Part shown: one piece after another, positions 25,956 to 41,316 of the stretch | Numbering within the stretch: position 1 is the first letter of the stretch | Layout: every line of letters begins with the position of its first letter | Assembly: GCA_951406725.2 (NCBI GenBank) | Contig: OX597838.1 | Span: 18,476,001 to 18,540,000 of the forward strand | Direction: 5' to 3' | Source of the DNA: Octopus vulgaris | Lineage: Eukaryota | DNA: 64,000 bases | Notes under the pieces: generated by a model | Told to the model about the DNA's origin: nothing | Databases searched by the model: none | The model's input: only the letters and a program-made list of their open reading frames with translations | Made by a program: the position numbers and the translations under genes

Positions 25956-26290
25956 GAGTGAGAGAGCAGTGCATGCCATCAAAGTGACACTGGGGTAAAA
26001 TATACGAAGCCCAGCATACCCATCATGACTACCCGTCTGATAAAGGTACACCAGGCACATGCATCACAACCATATGTGCGCGACATGGTGATCTCATATC
26101 AAGATAAACAGCACATGACCTTGCAGGTGGGGCCCAGTTAGAATTTTCTTCAGGTCGAGTAGCCCATCCTGCTCAAAAGGTCCCTGAATAAGGGTTGCTT
26201 TAGGATGTTGAACGAAACACCTATGTTTCCAGAGGTGAATTATTCAAACCCCAAAGAATCCCTCTCAACACATGGCTATGATGCTCCCCC
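25956..26290. mobile_element. Unclassified ~335 bp element inserted in (ATT)n inside a family A copy
   Basis: Complex sequence bounded by (ATT)n, separating the family A body (25775-25925) from its head fragment (26373-26398). Confidence 0.5.
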
Positions 26291-26291
26291 A

Positions 26292-26366
<75 letters not shown>

Positions 26367-26434
26367 CATTTTTTCAGGTCACTGCCTGGTATCGAACTGA
26401 TGCTAAAGATGATGAAGATGATGATGATGATGAC

Positions 26435-26520
<86 letters not shown>

Positions 26521-26570
26521 CATCGAAAAATACATTAAGCATGAGAACTCAGGTTTGAAATTTCCCCAAG

Positions 26571-26597
26571 ACACCCGATGAAGCCGAAACGTTGTGC
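26571..26597 (+). ncRNA. Family A hammerhead relic with helix II deleted
   Basis: ACAC-CCGAUGA-AGCC-GAAAC-GUU/GUGC. Confidence 0.5.
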
Positions 26598-28182
26598 GTA
26601 TCTAGACAGCTAGATAAATGTTTAACATTGCTTCATCTTGCTATGAGAATTTCCATTTAGATAATTAATGTTTCTTAACTGAAAGACTCATTAACTAATA
26701 TGATCCACATATGAGGTATGGTTTTATTACACAGGGGAAGCAGGTGGATTGCGATGATTTGATCTCGCTCCAAGTAACTGCGGACATAACGTAAGCAGTT
26801 TTTCGTAAATTTGTACTAACAGACTTTGTTTGTTTTCAGTATTTTATTATTAGTAAAAATGGCTCAGTGCCATTGCGTGGCACCTTGGGAAAGTGTTTTC
26901 TGCTATAGCCTCGGGCCGACCAAAGCCTTGTGAGTAGATCTCTTCTTCGCCCTTTTCAAGCCTAGCTTTTTAGGCGTTTTCGCTCAATAAAAACACACAA
27001 CGCCCGGTCTGGGAATCGAAATCGCGATCCTCCGACCGCGAGTCCGCTGCCCTAACCACTGGGCCATATAGTCGCGAAATAAGGGCACGTCTTATGTGTG
27101 AATGCGTCCAATACACCGGCAAATATGGTACTTGAGAGAAAATTATATTGGGATTTCATGAAGTCATTCCAATAACATATACACGCATCAGCCATTATTT
27201 TTTGCTGGTTCCTATAAACAAGGGCTTGTGCTCTCGTGGGATACGCTGGTCAGGGGTAGCTTTGACTGAAGAGTAGCAGAACGAGGTCGAAACACTCCAG
27301 TATCCCGGTGAATCACGTGTCATGAACACACACTACGTCAAAGAAGAAGCTACATTATTTACATTCCAATAACTGTTCGGTTCTTATATTTTCGAAGATG
27401 CTTAAAATGGAATGGCTCTTGGATGTATGAATCGAGAAACTGACTAAACATATTGTGCCGATCAGCAGGATAGAAAATCTTTGAAAAATGGTTTGTATGA
27501 CAATTTGTTGCATCTTTAATGAAAAACAAAATCTTTCCTGGCTTGTAAAAGCTGGTTTGAAGGAAGTGCTTGAATTTGTACAACATAAGAATGAATAATG
27601 AGGTTGCCAGTTCTGATACAGAAATTGCTATTAATTATCCTGAACTTCCGAGACACAATTATCGCTACAGAGGACTACACACAAGAGCAAATAGACAGTG
27701 CTGATGAAAATTCATCTTTCTAGAGACTCATCAATTATCAGTATCAGGAATTAAAGTTTCCAAAAGTTGTTTGATGCTTGTTCTGGAAGGAAATGCCGTT
27801 TGTTTTATGAAATTAAATCGTTACTAGTGAATCGTTCTGAAAATTCAAGTGTTTTCTAGAATTACGCAGTTTAATTGACCTCTGATTTTGGCATTCAAAT
27901 ACGAAGGCATGGCGGACAAAGAGCCTTTCAAAGGAAGGTTTACAAAGATTCTTTTTGTTCTGCCTGGCATAATATATCCAAAGCCTTACTCCCAAGACAC
28001 CCTTTCTGATAATGAAGGAGCAAATTATATCGTTCCACCTCGCCTTACTTCAAATACAAATCTTTTGTTCCTGCCAATACTACAAAGTGTAAAAGCTAAC
28101 TTCAAAGCATTTTATCTGAGCACTTTCACACAAGTTATAACAGTAAGTTACACATACATACATACATACATACATACATACA

Positions 28183-28214
<32 letters not shown>

Positions 28215-28983
28215 GATATACAGATATATATACACACATATATATATATACGACGGGCTTCTACCAAATCCACTCACATACCTTGTAATAACCCATACCT
28301 TCTACCATAGCCTCGAGGCTATAGTAGAAGACACTTGCCCAAGGTGCCACGCAGGGGACTGAACCCGGAACCACGTGGTTGGGAAGCTAGCTACTTACCA
28401 CACAGCCACTCCTGCGTCTATAGGCTCTACTGTATGTATGCATATATAAATATAATTATAAGTATACATGTATACATTTATGTATGTATGTATGTATAAT
28501 GGATGTATGTATGTATGTATGTGTGTCTGTATGTTTTTGCATGTGTGTGCATGAACGCGTGCATTTCTGTGTGTGTATGTATATGTGTGTGTGAAACGAT
28601 GATGTATACTTATTAGTTCAGCAGGATGGCTTTGTCGATTTATATACAGAGGGAGATGAACCGCAGAGAAGATTATAATTCACTATGATTTCCATTATGA
28701 AATAAACATACATGTATAGTATCTGCATTTTACATGGGGTTCTACTTCACGTGGCTGTATACTCAGCTTATAACATACACCCATATATGGGTGTATATTA
28801 CAGATATGTATGCTACAATGAAAAAGATTGTGAGTTTTTACAAAGGATAAGAAAACTGCGCCGAATTTCCCATCTTCGATCTTCACACGAAAATGATCAA
28901 TAGATCAAAATCAATAACAAATAGATACGCACAGAAAGTTAGATAGACATATACTTCGATAGATAAAAAGATAGATAGATAGG

Positions 28984-29014
<31 letters not shown>

Positions 29015-29141
29015 TAGATAGATAGATAGATAGATAGATCGATAGATATATAGATAGAGAGAGTTATTAATATATATATATATATATATATATGGTGTGT
29101 GTGTGTGTATATGGATATATATATATGTATGTATATATATG

Positions 29142-29204
<63 letters not shown>

Positions 29205-29243
29205 ATATATATGTATATATATATATGTACACATATGCATATA

Positions 29244-29288
<45 letters not shown>

Positions 29289-29385
29289 ATATGTATATAT
29301 GTATATATGTATGTTTAGTATATATATACATATATAAATATAAATGTATATATATATATGCATACACATATGCATATATATGTAT

Positions 29386-29440
<55 letters not shown>

Positions 29441-29633
29441 ATATGTATATATGTATATATGTATGTTTAGTATAATTCGATTAAAAACCTCGTAACGTGC
29501 ATTTAAGATCTCTTCTGCAGTTGTTCGGCTGGCACATGTTATTCTACAGTAGGGTATATTCCAGTGTTGGATAGACATGTGAAACTCCTCTTCACACAAG
29601 ATCAATAGAAGGATATATTATAGATAAAATTGT

Positions 29634-29683
<50 letters not shown>

Positions 29684-29698
29684 ATATATATATGTATA

Positions 29699-29822
<124 letters not shown>

Positions 29823-30355
29823 TATTAATATTTAGCAGATATAAGAGAATGAGAGCTTTCATGCGTCGGCACTTATCAAACTGCTTCATACGAAACTCTC
29901 CGAAGCTGAGTCTTTCTATTACTTCTGCTAGATATTAATAAAAGTATACATATAGTCGTATTTGAGTTCTATTTCTCCTGTTTCCATCAACATACCGATA
30001 CAAATCAATAAATAAAATATATGTGTGCATGCGTATATATATATATATGTATATATATTTGCCTTTAGCAGTTGAAATATGTGACAGACACATTTCAACT
30101 AACCTATATATATATATATATTAACATATTAATTTATTTATTTATTTATCAGTGTTACAAACCTGACATCTTCAGTTTTCAAAGATTGATATTCACCAGA
30201 AAATAATACATTACCAACGTACCTGGAACAAAAACAGAAAAAGAATAATATTAGTACATTTTCTATTTTTCATGTTTCCGTGTACTTACGATATAAGAGT
30301 GTGTGTGTGTGCCTCTGTGAGTGTGTGTATGTGTCTGTGTATATGTGTTTATACT

Positions 30356-30408
<53 letters not shown>

Positions 30409-30504
30409 CGGGAAGTTTTACGAAAATAAACAAAAGACGAAGGCAGGTGGAGTACAAACAAACAATTGTATTAGTATGGCGCTCAGGAATAGAAATAGAA
30501 CAAG

Positions 30505-30542
30505 TCTTTTACGTTTCGAGCCTACGCTCTTCGACAGAAAGA
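30505..30542 (-). ncRNA. Hammerhead-like motif, family B
   Basis: UCUUU-CUGUCGA-A-GAGC(GUAG)GCUC-GAAAC-GUA/AAAGA. Confidence 0.6.
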
Positions 30543-30674
30543 TACACAGAAAAGAAACACGGAGAGAAACAAGGAGAGAAAAAAATGCGTGCAGGAGCTA
30601 ACGATTCAACATGGCGGTCTGATTTCGGCCACAAGTCAGAGATCAGACATATATATATATATCGGTATGTATAA

Positions 30675-31295
30675 AGAGGGTGCGGTGAATAAACTGTCAT
30701 CTAAATTACGCAAAAATAAAAATAACTCTGAGATCTCATTTCTACAGTCATATTTACCAAAATTACATCAAAATATCTTGAAATACTAAACAGTAAATTT
30801 CTACATTAAAATCGCCATTAGCTTGAACCACGGCCTCCAGATAACTTCGGAATCTCCTGCAACTCTTCTGGACAGTCTCCTTGTTTAAGTTGGTGAATGC
30901 TGCCATAATCCTTGCCTTCACTTCTTCTTTGGTGTTACAAGGTGCTGTGTTGGTCTCCGGTCAACTGCACCCCACACATAATAATGAAGGGGGTTGCAGT
31001 CTAGGGAGGTAGGTGGCCAAATGTTAGGGGGGATGTGGTCAGAAATTTTCTGACAGCCATGACTGTGTTCTCCTGCTTGTAGTGGCATGGTGCTGAGTCC
31101 TGTTACCAGATATAGGGTCCTCCAGCAGCCACCCTCTTGACCCAGGGCAGCAGTACCTGCACCAGGGACTTGATATAGGATTCCGTATTGAGGCCGCGTT
31201 GGAAGATGAATAGAGGTATAACATCGCCATCACTAGTGATCACTCCAAACATCATGATGTTGACTGGATGCTAAATTTTTATCACTCTCGGTACA
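30675..31295 (-). mobile_element. Tc1/mariner (probably DD37D/maT-like) transposase 3' half, pseudogenised
   Basis: MFGVITSDGDV...PYIW*QDSAP...NIWPPTSLDCNPLHYYVWG...CRRFRSYLEAVVQANGDF. Confidence 0.75.
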
Positions 31296-31894
31296 TGTCC
31301 TCAGATTGCACTGTCCTGCTGGGGGGAACACATACGCCACAGAAACCGGGAAACCGGGCCCATGAGCCTGGCTAGGCTTGAAAAGGGAGCATAAATAAAT
31401 CAATAAATAATGTTATGTTACAGTTTTACAGTTCAACCGAATTGATTTTCATTGCTTTCAACTCGGTAATTGTTCTTTGGGAAAGATAAACATAAATCTT
31501 TTTGAAAAGAAAATAATTCGAAATTTATTGGACACTAATAAAGTATATCGAATTTTTTTGCAAGGATAAGTGAGAAGTATAGATTATTTTCTATATTACA
31601 AACGATGTTATGATTTGATATTTCGTATTTCAGTGTCGAAAAAAAACTATATCTTTGTTTATTCTTTATTAAATACTTAGGAAGTAATTTTTTTCCCTTA
31701 TACGTCGCTTGAATAATTTCCTCGTAAACAATAACATTAACACCTTCAGTTCCATTCTACTAAAAGCGGATATACATATCGTGTGGTTATCTGATAGTGT
31801 GATCATTAATTGTGAGCAAATATCGGTGCATGTAAAAAACCTCAGAATTTGCTATTCTTGCCAAAAATTTAACAAATTAAATATAAGCGCTGGA

Positions 31895-32370
<476 letters not shown>

Positions 32371-32429
32371 TACTTTTTTCTATCTATTTTACCTTTTTCT
32401 ATTTTCTGTCCCTGTTTATTTTTGTGTTC

Positions 32430-32465
32430 CTTTCTGTCGAAGAGCGTAGGCTCGAAACGTAAAAG
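32430..32465 (+). ncRNA. Hammerhead-like motif, family B
   Basis: CUUU-CUGUCGA-A-GAGC(GUAG)GCUC-GAAAC-GUA/AAAG. Confidence 0.6.
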
Positions 32466-32580
32466 ACTGTCTCACTTCCCGAGCATTAAACTAATACATC
32501 TGTTTGTTGTTTACCCATCCGTCTTTGTCTTTTGATTTTTTTTGTAAATTCTCACTATAGTATTCTAGATAGATATATAA

Positions 32581-32645
<65 letters not shown>

Positions 32646-32780
32646 AAGACAGACAAACAGATAGATAGACATATAGACAAACCGACATAGACAGACACAC
32701 AGATAGATAGGTAGATAGACAGACAGAAAGACAGACAGACAGCTAGATAGATAAACAGAGACACAGACAGACAGATAGAC

Positions 32781-32869
<89 letters not shown>

Positions 32870-33816
32870 TAGATATATGCATACATACATATGCATATAT
32901 ACATATACATAAAAGAACAGCAACGGAGTGTACAATCCTGGTCTGGCCAGCAGAATGAGAACAACGTACCCCATGAATTTAGTAAAGAGTTCAGTTTGAA
33001 ATTCTTTGAACATTACCAAATATGACAATACCTAAGAAAGGGCTAAAAATGCATTTGCATTGGCCCAACCCCAATATCTAGAAAAGAAGCAAACGTCGAT
33101 GACTTTTCAAAAGGAGAGGAAAGCCTTTCTCCGGAGAAACATAGGGAAAAGCAAAACAGGGATCCAATTGGAGAAAAACAGAAACGATAGCTCCGAGTCT
33201 AGAACAACAGAGAAGAGTCACCGATGCATAATGCTTCATGAAAACAGAAAGATTTGAGCAAGACTCTGAATACCATTTAGTGACAAAGTATGTCTGAGAG
33301 ACTCTTATTAAACATGGAGGATTTATTTCGTTTCATTAAAGGTTTAACTTGAAATGTGTGTGTGTGTATAAGGTGTGGTGTGAATATGGTTTTGTGTGTA
33401 TATGGTGCACTCACAATGTGGAACTTTCTCACAATTTTTGCTTCGGTTAAAGATGGAAGCCAACGAAAGCGTTCTGAATATTTCGTCCCCTTTGATGAGG
33501 TTGTTAATGTAATGGAAACCTTCTAATGTCTAAGAGCCAGTTACGTCTAGATTGGATATTTGCTGTGTGAATCTTCAAGATCCTGCATTGCACTTGCTTA
33601 CATGCACAGACGCACGCACAAAAAAAAACACACACACATGTACGCGCGCACATACATATACACGCATGTGTCTGTAAGTGTGCGTGTGTATGTGTGTACA
33701 TTTGTATACTTTATATGTGTATATATACATATATATATATATGTATGTATATATATATATATATGTGTGTGTATATATATGTGTGTATGTGTGTGTATCT
33801 ATCTATCTATCTATCC

Positions 33817-33851
<35 letters not shown>

Positions 33852-33853
33852 AA

Positions 33854-33896
<43 letters not shown>

Positions 33897-33974
33897 GTGT
33901 GTGTATGTGTTCACCATGATAGATCACTAGCCACTAAACCTTTTTTATTTTCTCTCCCTGCTTATTTCTCTGTC

Positions 33975-34011
33975 CTTTCCTGTCGAAGAGCGTAGGCTCG
34001 AAATGTAAAAG
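33975..34011 (+). ncRNA. Hammerhead-like motif, family B (GAAAU)
   Basis: CUGUCGA-A-GAGC(GUAG)GCUC-GAAAU-GUA/AAAG. Confidence 0.5.
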
Positions 34012-34111
34012 ACTTTCTCACTTCCCGAGCGTTAAACCAATGCATCTGTTTGTTGTTTACCCACCCGTCTTCGTATTTTGTGTTTTTTTTTTGTAAATTC
34101 TCACTATATAC

Positions 34112-34161
<50 letters not shown>

Positions 34162-34196
34162 AGAGAGAGAGATATATATACATATGTATGTATGTG

Positions 34197-34252
<56 letters not shown>

Positions 34253-34257
34253 TGTGT

Positions 34258-34296
<39 letters not shown>

Positions 34297-34307
34297 TACT
34301 ACATTTA

Positions 34308-34515
34308 GACTAGACGTCCACGGACAATAAAATCTAGAACAGAAATGTTCGCACAAATTATATTGAGCGAACATATAGAGACATGTGGTCAGAAAATGTT
34401 TTTAATTTTTCTTTTCCACAAACTACATGACACAAGTGAGGTTGGAAGAAAGATAAAAGAAAAACGGTTTATTGAAATGTTCACGCCTGTTCTGAACGGA
34501 AATAACAAGCAATAA
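34308..34515 (+). pseudogene. PLE GIY-YIG endonuclease C-terminus
   Basis: RLDVHGQ, frameshift, then QIILSEHIETCG...RKIKEKRFIEMFTPVLN; absent from the ORF track (56 aa). Confidence 0.65.
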
Positions 34516-34779
34516 TATGACAACCAGTTTATGATGTGGGTTAATAAATATAAACAAGATACGGAATATCGGTACGCCTGACGAACGGTGATGTTTAAGA
34601 GCATACGGATTGACCAAAAACACCCAGTTTATTGGAGCGTTCTATGAGGTACTAAAGTTTTCAAGACCTCAAATGTTAGTAAAACACATTTAATAGTTGA
34701 TGAGTATGTTATGTATGAAAGCGCTAATTTAGTGTTAAAAATACCATAATAAAAATTGTGAATACCAGACTATGTTTTA

Positions 34780-34829
<50 letters not shown>

Positions 34830-34844
34830 TAAAACATAGTCTGG

Positions 34845-34886
<42 letters not shown>

Positions 34887-35011
34887 GAGTATACATTGTC
34901 TGGGAGACTTTTCTTATAGTAGAGGAAATAGCTAAAATTTTTTGGCTGCTATTTCTGAAAGTTCGGTGTGTGGTAAAGTAAATTATTTTACTGAACCCTA
35001 ATTATATAACG

Positions 35012-35061
<50 letters not shown>

Positions 35062-35344
35062 CTCATAAAATAAAGCGTACAAAAACAAACAATGCGTGAA
35101 ATTGAAAATATGAAATGGTAACAATTTAACCATCACACGTTGTACATATGGGGAAAGGGATGAGGAGGGAGTGAGAGGGAGAGGGAGTGAAATTGGGTCG
35201 GAGTGAGAGAAAGAGAGAGGGAGCGAGAGGGATCTATGTACCTATACATATTTACGTATATAAAAACACAAATATAATATACTTTTACATATACATATGC
35301 ATTGGTGATGTATACATGCACAGTGTGCATTTATACACATAATA

Positions 35345-35569
35345 GGAATCCACACATAGGATTCATCACGCTAGAAAGAACAGCTAGTTTCTAAAACCAC
35401 CAAATTTGGGATAAAATTCCGAAAGGAACGAAATGAAAAATAAAAACTAAGTTTTCAAGTGTACACTGTATTTTATGAGTAATAAATAGTCTTTGGACTA
35501 ATTTTTCACACGCTAGGCCACTGGAAATGGAAATTTTAATTAATTTCCATTTCCCATCGATTTTATTAA

Positions 35570-35570
<1 letters not shown>
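35345..35570. mobile_element. Family F fragment with inverted plus direct segments
   Basis: Shares CACGCTAG...GGGATAAAATT (inverted) and TGTACACTGTATTT...CACGCTAGGCCAC (direct) with the 11.1-11.9 kb unit. Confidence 0.55.
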
Positions 35571-35609
<39 letters not shown>

Positions 35610-35757
35610 CGCTATGTACAGCAATATTTTTCAATTTTATGATTATATTAAGCAAATACTATATATGGGTATAGTTATTCGGCATACAGTTTATACACGG
35701 AAAATATAATTATCAAGGTGACTAACTAGTTAGTAGCTAACTGTTTTATACATGTGC

Positions 35758-35798
<41 letters not shown>

Positions 35799-35945
35799 TG
35801 TTTTCTTGTGTGTATATGCGAGTATGTGTGTGAGTCTATATATGTTTGAATGCCAGTGTAATATATGTGAGTAACTGAGCACGAGCGTGTGTGTATACAC
35901 ATATATGCATGCGTTTGTGTATATATTTGTCCGGATATATAAGCG

Positions 35946-36003
<58 letters not shown>

Positions 36004-36740
36004 CATATATATACATACCTACATATATATATATGTGATTATATATTTGTGTGTGTGTGTATGTGTGAGTGTATGTGTGAACGCGTGCATATCTGTATGT
36101 GGTTTAATGTGTGCGTATGCTAATATGTATGTCTGGATGTATGCGTATATACGATCGTATGTGTATGGTTTTTAACTGTATGTAAAGATATGCGTGGCGT
36201 ATCTATCTTTGTTTACGTGCGATTACATAATTACTTTCGTTTGCAATTATCTCGAGACATCAAAGAAAGAAATCTTTTAGAAAATGTTTGGCTGGAATTG
36301 TAAAGAAAGACACAAACAACAACAACAACACCACCACCAACAACAACCTCATACAACACACTACACAGAAAACAAGACGAGAACCATAACATTCAATAAG
36401 AACAACAAATATAACAGACATCACCACCACAAACACCACCACCACCACAAATAACAACAACAACAACATTAAAACAATAACGACTCGTTTTTTGTTTTGT
36501 TTTTATATATATCTTTGATTCGCTTTTTTCGTTACCAATTCCTATCTCAGCAGGAATAATTGTCATTACTTGCCAAATTAGAATCTAGCTGAATGTTTTT
36601 TTGTTTTCTTTTTGTTATCTTTTTGTTTATTTTTTGTACATTTTTGGCAGGTTAGAAATGCGAAATTTTCTCTGCAAATCATTTTGTCATTAGGTTTTCG
36701 AGAATTTTTGTCAATGTAGCAGTTGTGTATATCACATGCG

Positions 36741-36913
<173 letters not shown>

Positions 36914-36927
36914 ATGATAGATCGATC

Positions 36928-36964
<37 letters not shown>

Positions 36965-37299
36965 TGTGTATACATACATATATATATGTGTGTGTATATA
37001 TATATATATATATGCTTGTGTGTGTGTATGTAAACATATATATATATGTAAATGTATGTATATATGAGTGTGTGTGAGTGTGAGTATGTGTATGTGTCTA
37101 GGTGTGCATGTGTGAGTATGTATGTATTTATGTATGTAACGTTTGTGTGCATATATATATACATATATATATACACACACACATTTAATATCCAATATAT
37201 TTAGTATATATTCTTGTGTCTGACCTGTGTCTAACGACTGTCTTAGCATGTAACGTACGGTTCATTTAGTATATAACATAATTGTGAATTTAGTTTTCT

Positions 37300-37487
37300 C
37301 TTTTTATTTTCAGTCATTTGACTGCAGCCATGCTCGAGTACCACCTTATTTTTTAGTCAAACAAATCGATTCCAGGGCTTTATTCTATCGATGCCTTTTG
37401 CCGAACCGTTAAGTTACGGGGATGTCAACGAACCCAACATCGGTTGTCGAGCGATGGTGGGGGACAACACAGTCACAAAACACTTCC

Positions 37488-37543
<56 letters not shown>

Positions 37544-37710
37544 CAGGTTCCTTTTCAGTTTCCGTCAACCAAATCTACCCATAAGGCATTGGCTGGCCCG
37601 AGGCTATAGTAGAAGACACTTACCGAAGCGCTACACAGTGAGACTGAACTCAGAACCGGAACCATGTGGTTGGGAAGCAGGCTTCTTACCACACAGCCAT
37701 ACTTGCGCCT
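37300..37710 (-). mobile_element. SINE family 2
   Basis: Family match. Confidence 0.75.
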
Positions 37711-38429
37711 ATGCGTACGAAAATTAGTATATAGTATATGAATGTGCATATATAAATAGATAGATAGCTTTTTTTTGTCCGATTAACAATACTGCTTTGG
37801 CTTATGACGACGGCTAATATTGCTTACAATTTCCTGGCTTTCTGCAACAGGAACTGCCGTAATGTTGGTTAGTTCTCTACCGACAAACATAATAACTTGT
37901 AAGCCATTGATACTATAAAATACCAGTTGCACATTGAGAAACACCAGCACTTGTCCACTCAATCAATTATGTAATGTGAAAGCGATTGTATATGAAACAA
38001 AGTCCACCTTTGCCAAAGACTAATAGAAAATTAGATCAAGGGTACAACATGGGAATGTTAGAGGGTTAATTCAAACAACGCCAGTCCAATCATACTTCTG
38101 GCTATACTGTCAAGCTACATTTTACGCTTAAAAGGACATAACACTGATTTTCGTAATAAATGGAAGATCTTATAGGAAAGCTGACCTTATATACATGGTA
38201 CCAAAGATACATTTTATGCACAGCTGAAAAATGTCTCACGAATGCGTATGTATTGTTGAGAGAATGCTAAATAAAACAGTATGAGGAACAAAATAGCATA
38301 TTCTATTTAGTTAACTGCGTTACATCTTTTAGGTGAACATAACTATTGGATACAATGCCATCGGCAAGATATGCACCAGAAATATACTAATACTCTTGAA
38401 CGTATGGTTGCTGTCCAATACTCTGTTTC

Positions 38430-38800
38430 TCTTTTAATTGTTTCAGTCATTAGACTGCGGTCATGCTGGAGCACCGCCTTTAGTCGAGGAAATCGACCCC
38501 AGGACTTATTCTTTGTAAGCCTAGTACTTATTCTATCAGTCTCTTTTGCCGAACCACTAAGTTATGGGGAAGCAAACATTCCAGCATTTGTTGTCAAGCG
38601 ATGTTGGGGGGACAAACACAGACACACAAACATATACACACACATACATATATATATAAATATATATATACATATATACGACGGGCTTCTTTCAGTTTCC
38701 GTCTACCATATCCACTCACAGAGGTTTAGTCGGCCGGAGGCCATAGTAAAAGACACTTGCCCAAGGTGCCACGCAATGGGGATGAACCTGGAACCTGCGC
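38430..38800 (-). mobile_element. SINE family 2
   Basis: Family match. Confidence 0.8.
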
Positions 38801-39071
38801 CTATCATCCAATGGTAAAATTATTAAAATGATATCTAGCAGTTTCTATTTTATTTTTGTTGTTGTTGGTTGTTTATCCGCGGTTTGCTTTCACCCAGTAA
38901 AACTTTCATCAAAAGTTTTCCATTCATGACTCCCACATCTTATTTTTTCTTGTTTTTCTTTTTTCTTTTCAGAAACAGTATATCTCGGACTACATTTGAT
39001 AATGTAATTCGAGACATACTTTGTCTGATTCACGGACATAGACAACATTCACACATGCACACATACACGTG

Positions 39072-39115
<44 letters not shown>

Positions 39116-39593
39116 CACATAACAGAAGAGAGTGATAACCTCACACACACAGTTGCATACGTGCTTACACATACACACTCACACACCAAGATGAAGAAGA
39201 TGCGTATTTTTAAGATGGATGGGTATTATTATTCAAGATAGAGTTGAACGTATTAAATGTCATTATGAGACGATCACCAATGTGTGTGTACATATATTTA
39301 TATAATTGCATATATATATACACATATATATATATGTATATTTTCATATATACATATATATATATGTGTGTGTGTGAGTGTGTGTACGTATGTGTATATA
39401 CATATATATATATACATGCATGTATGTGCATGTATGTATATATAGATATATATGTATATGAATGTATATATACATATATGTGCGTGTGTATGTATGTATA
39501 TATACACACATATATATATATATGCATGTATGTATATATAGATATATAAAAGTATATATGCATATATATATGCGTGTGTATGAATGTATATAT

Positions 39594-39626
<33 letters not shown>

Positions 39627-40004
39627 TGCATGTATATGTGTGTATATCTACATATATGAGTATATATCTGCGTACATATATGTATGTATACATATGTGTG
39701 TACGTATGTCTGTGCATTTGTATTCGTCGCTCCCCTGGTGTCTTGTATTATCCTAGCGTATTTATGCCCGCGCATGCGTGTGAGTGTTGGTGTCTCTGTG
39801 GATGTATATAAAAATGTGTAATCTGCTGTGTGTATTCGTTCATATATTTTGTTCTCTCTAGATACCTCTGATTATGGCAGCATGTTGTGTGTCGTTTCCC
39901 CACCCACACTCTTTCACACGCTTCTTTTCTCTCTCTCTCTTTCTCTCTCTCTCCCTCTTCCTCTTCCTCTCCCTCTCCTTATATATATATGTGTGTATAT
40001 ATAC

Positions 40005-40118
<114 letters not shown>

Positions 40119-40281
40119 ATAGATAGATATATAGATATACAGATATATATATACACACCATTCTTTGTGTTTGTAGGAATGTCTGTGAATGAGTACTGTG
40201 TATCTCTCTCTCTCTCTCTCTCTCTCTTCTTTCTCTCTCTTCTTTGTACACGTATATATATATATATATTTGTATATTTGT

Positions 40282-40329
<48 letters not shown>

Positions 40330-40766
40330 GAGGTCGACTTTACCTTTCGTCCTTTCGGAGTCGACAAATTAAGTGCCAGTTGCATACTGGGGTCAATCGA
40401 ATCGACTGGTCCCTTCCCCCAAAATTTCAAGCCTTGTGCCTAGAGTAGAAAAGAATCGTTACCACGCCGGGCGAAATGCTTAGCGGCACTTCGCCCGTTT
40501 AAGCACTTACCCCACCGGAAACCTGTCACAATCGCTCATTTCAATGCCGAAAAGCATTATAACTGTAATCATGTCATATTTTTATTCAGATGTTATCTAA
40601 CGATCTCCGTCTCTTTAAGACGCCTGGTAAATTATACGAAACAAGTCTGACCAACATTTCTAGTCGGCCTAACGCCCACGTGAAGACATCCCCCATTGTC
40701 TTCTTTGCTGTGTATGTGTAAGGGATGGAGTTTCAAATCCTAGTATGAATATGGAATTAAAGCATT

Positions 40767-40832
<66 letters not shown>

Positions 40833-41171
40833 CGGTTAATAGTGCAAACCCCAATGCCGTTATTGATCTGATTAACGAATGTCGAAATATTGACTTCCTT
40901 TATGCAATAAATATAAATTTTATGAGATAAATAAAATATTTAAGCGATAAACATATATTTATGACATCTAGGTATTGATTGATCTTTTCATTAATATATA
41001 AAGTATGTATCGTATATGTTCATGTATATGTGTATGTGTGTGTGTATCTGTGTTTGAGTGTTTATAAAGTATACGTATGAATATATATCTATATACACAG
41101 ACATATATATGCCGTTAGCTACTACACACATTTTTTTCTCTCCTTGTTTCTCTCGTTTTTTTTTCTGTGTA

Positions 41172-41209
41172 TCTTTCTGTAGAAGAGCGTAGGCTCGAAA
41201 CGTAAAAGA
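41172..41209 (+). ncRNA. Hammerhead-like motif, family B
   Basis: UCUUU-CUGUAGA-A-GAGC(GUAG)GCUC-GAAAC-GUA/AAAGA. Confidence 0.6.
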
Positions 41210-41316
41210 CTTTTTCTATTCCTGAGCGCTATACTTATACATCTGTTTGTTTGTACACCACCTGCCTTCGTCTTTTGTTTATTTTCGTAAACTTTCCCTC
41301 TATATTTATATATATA

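Noticed and set aside
27360-28150. Complex non-repetitive stretch including ORF 27888-28310
   Set aside because: Stops in all frames, no recognisable domain or splice-bounded exon
29465-29610. ORF segment [21 protein letters not shown] and an ACATGT/ACATGT-GAAA stem
   Set aside because: No splice signals or homology recognised; hammerhead core absent
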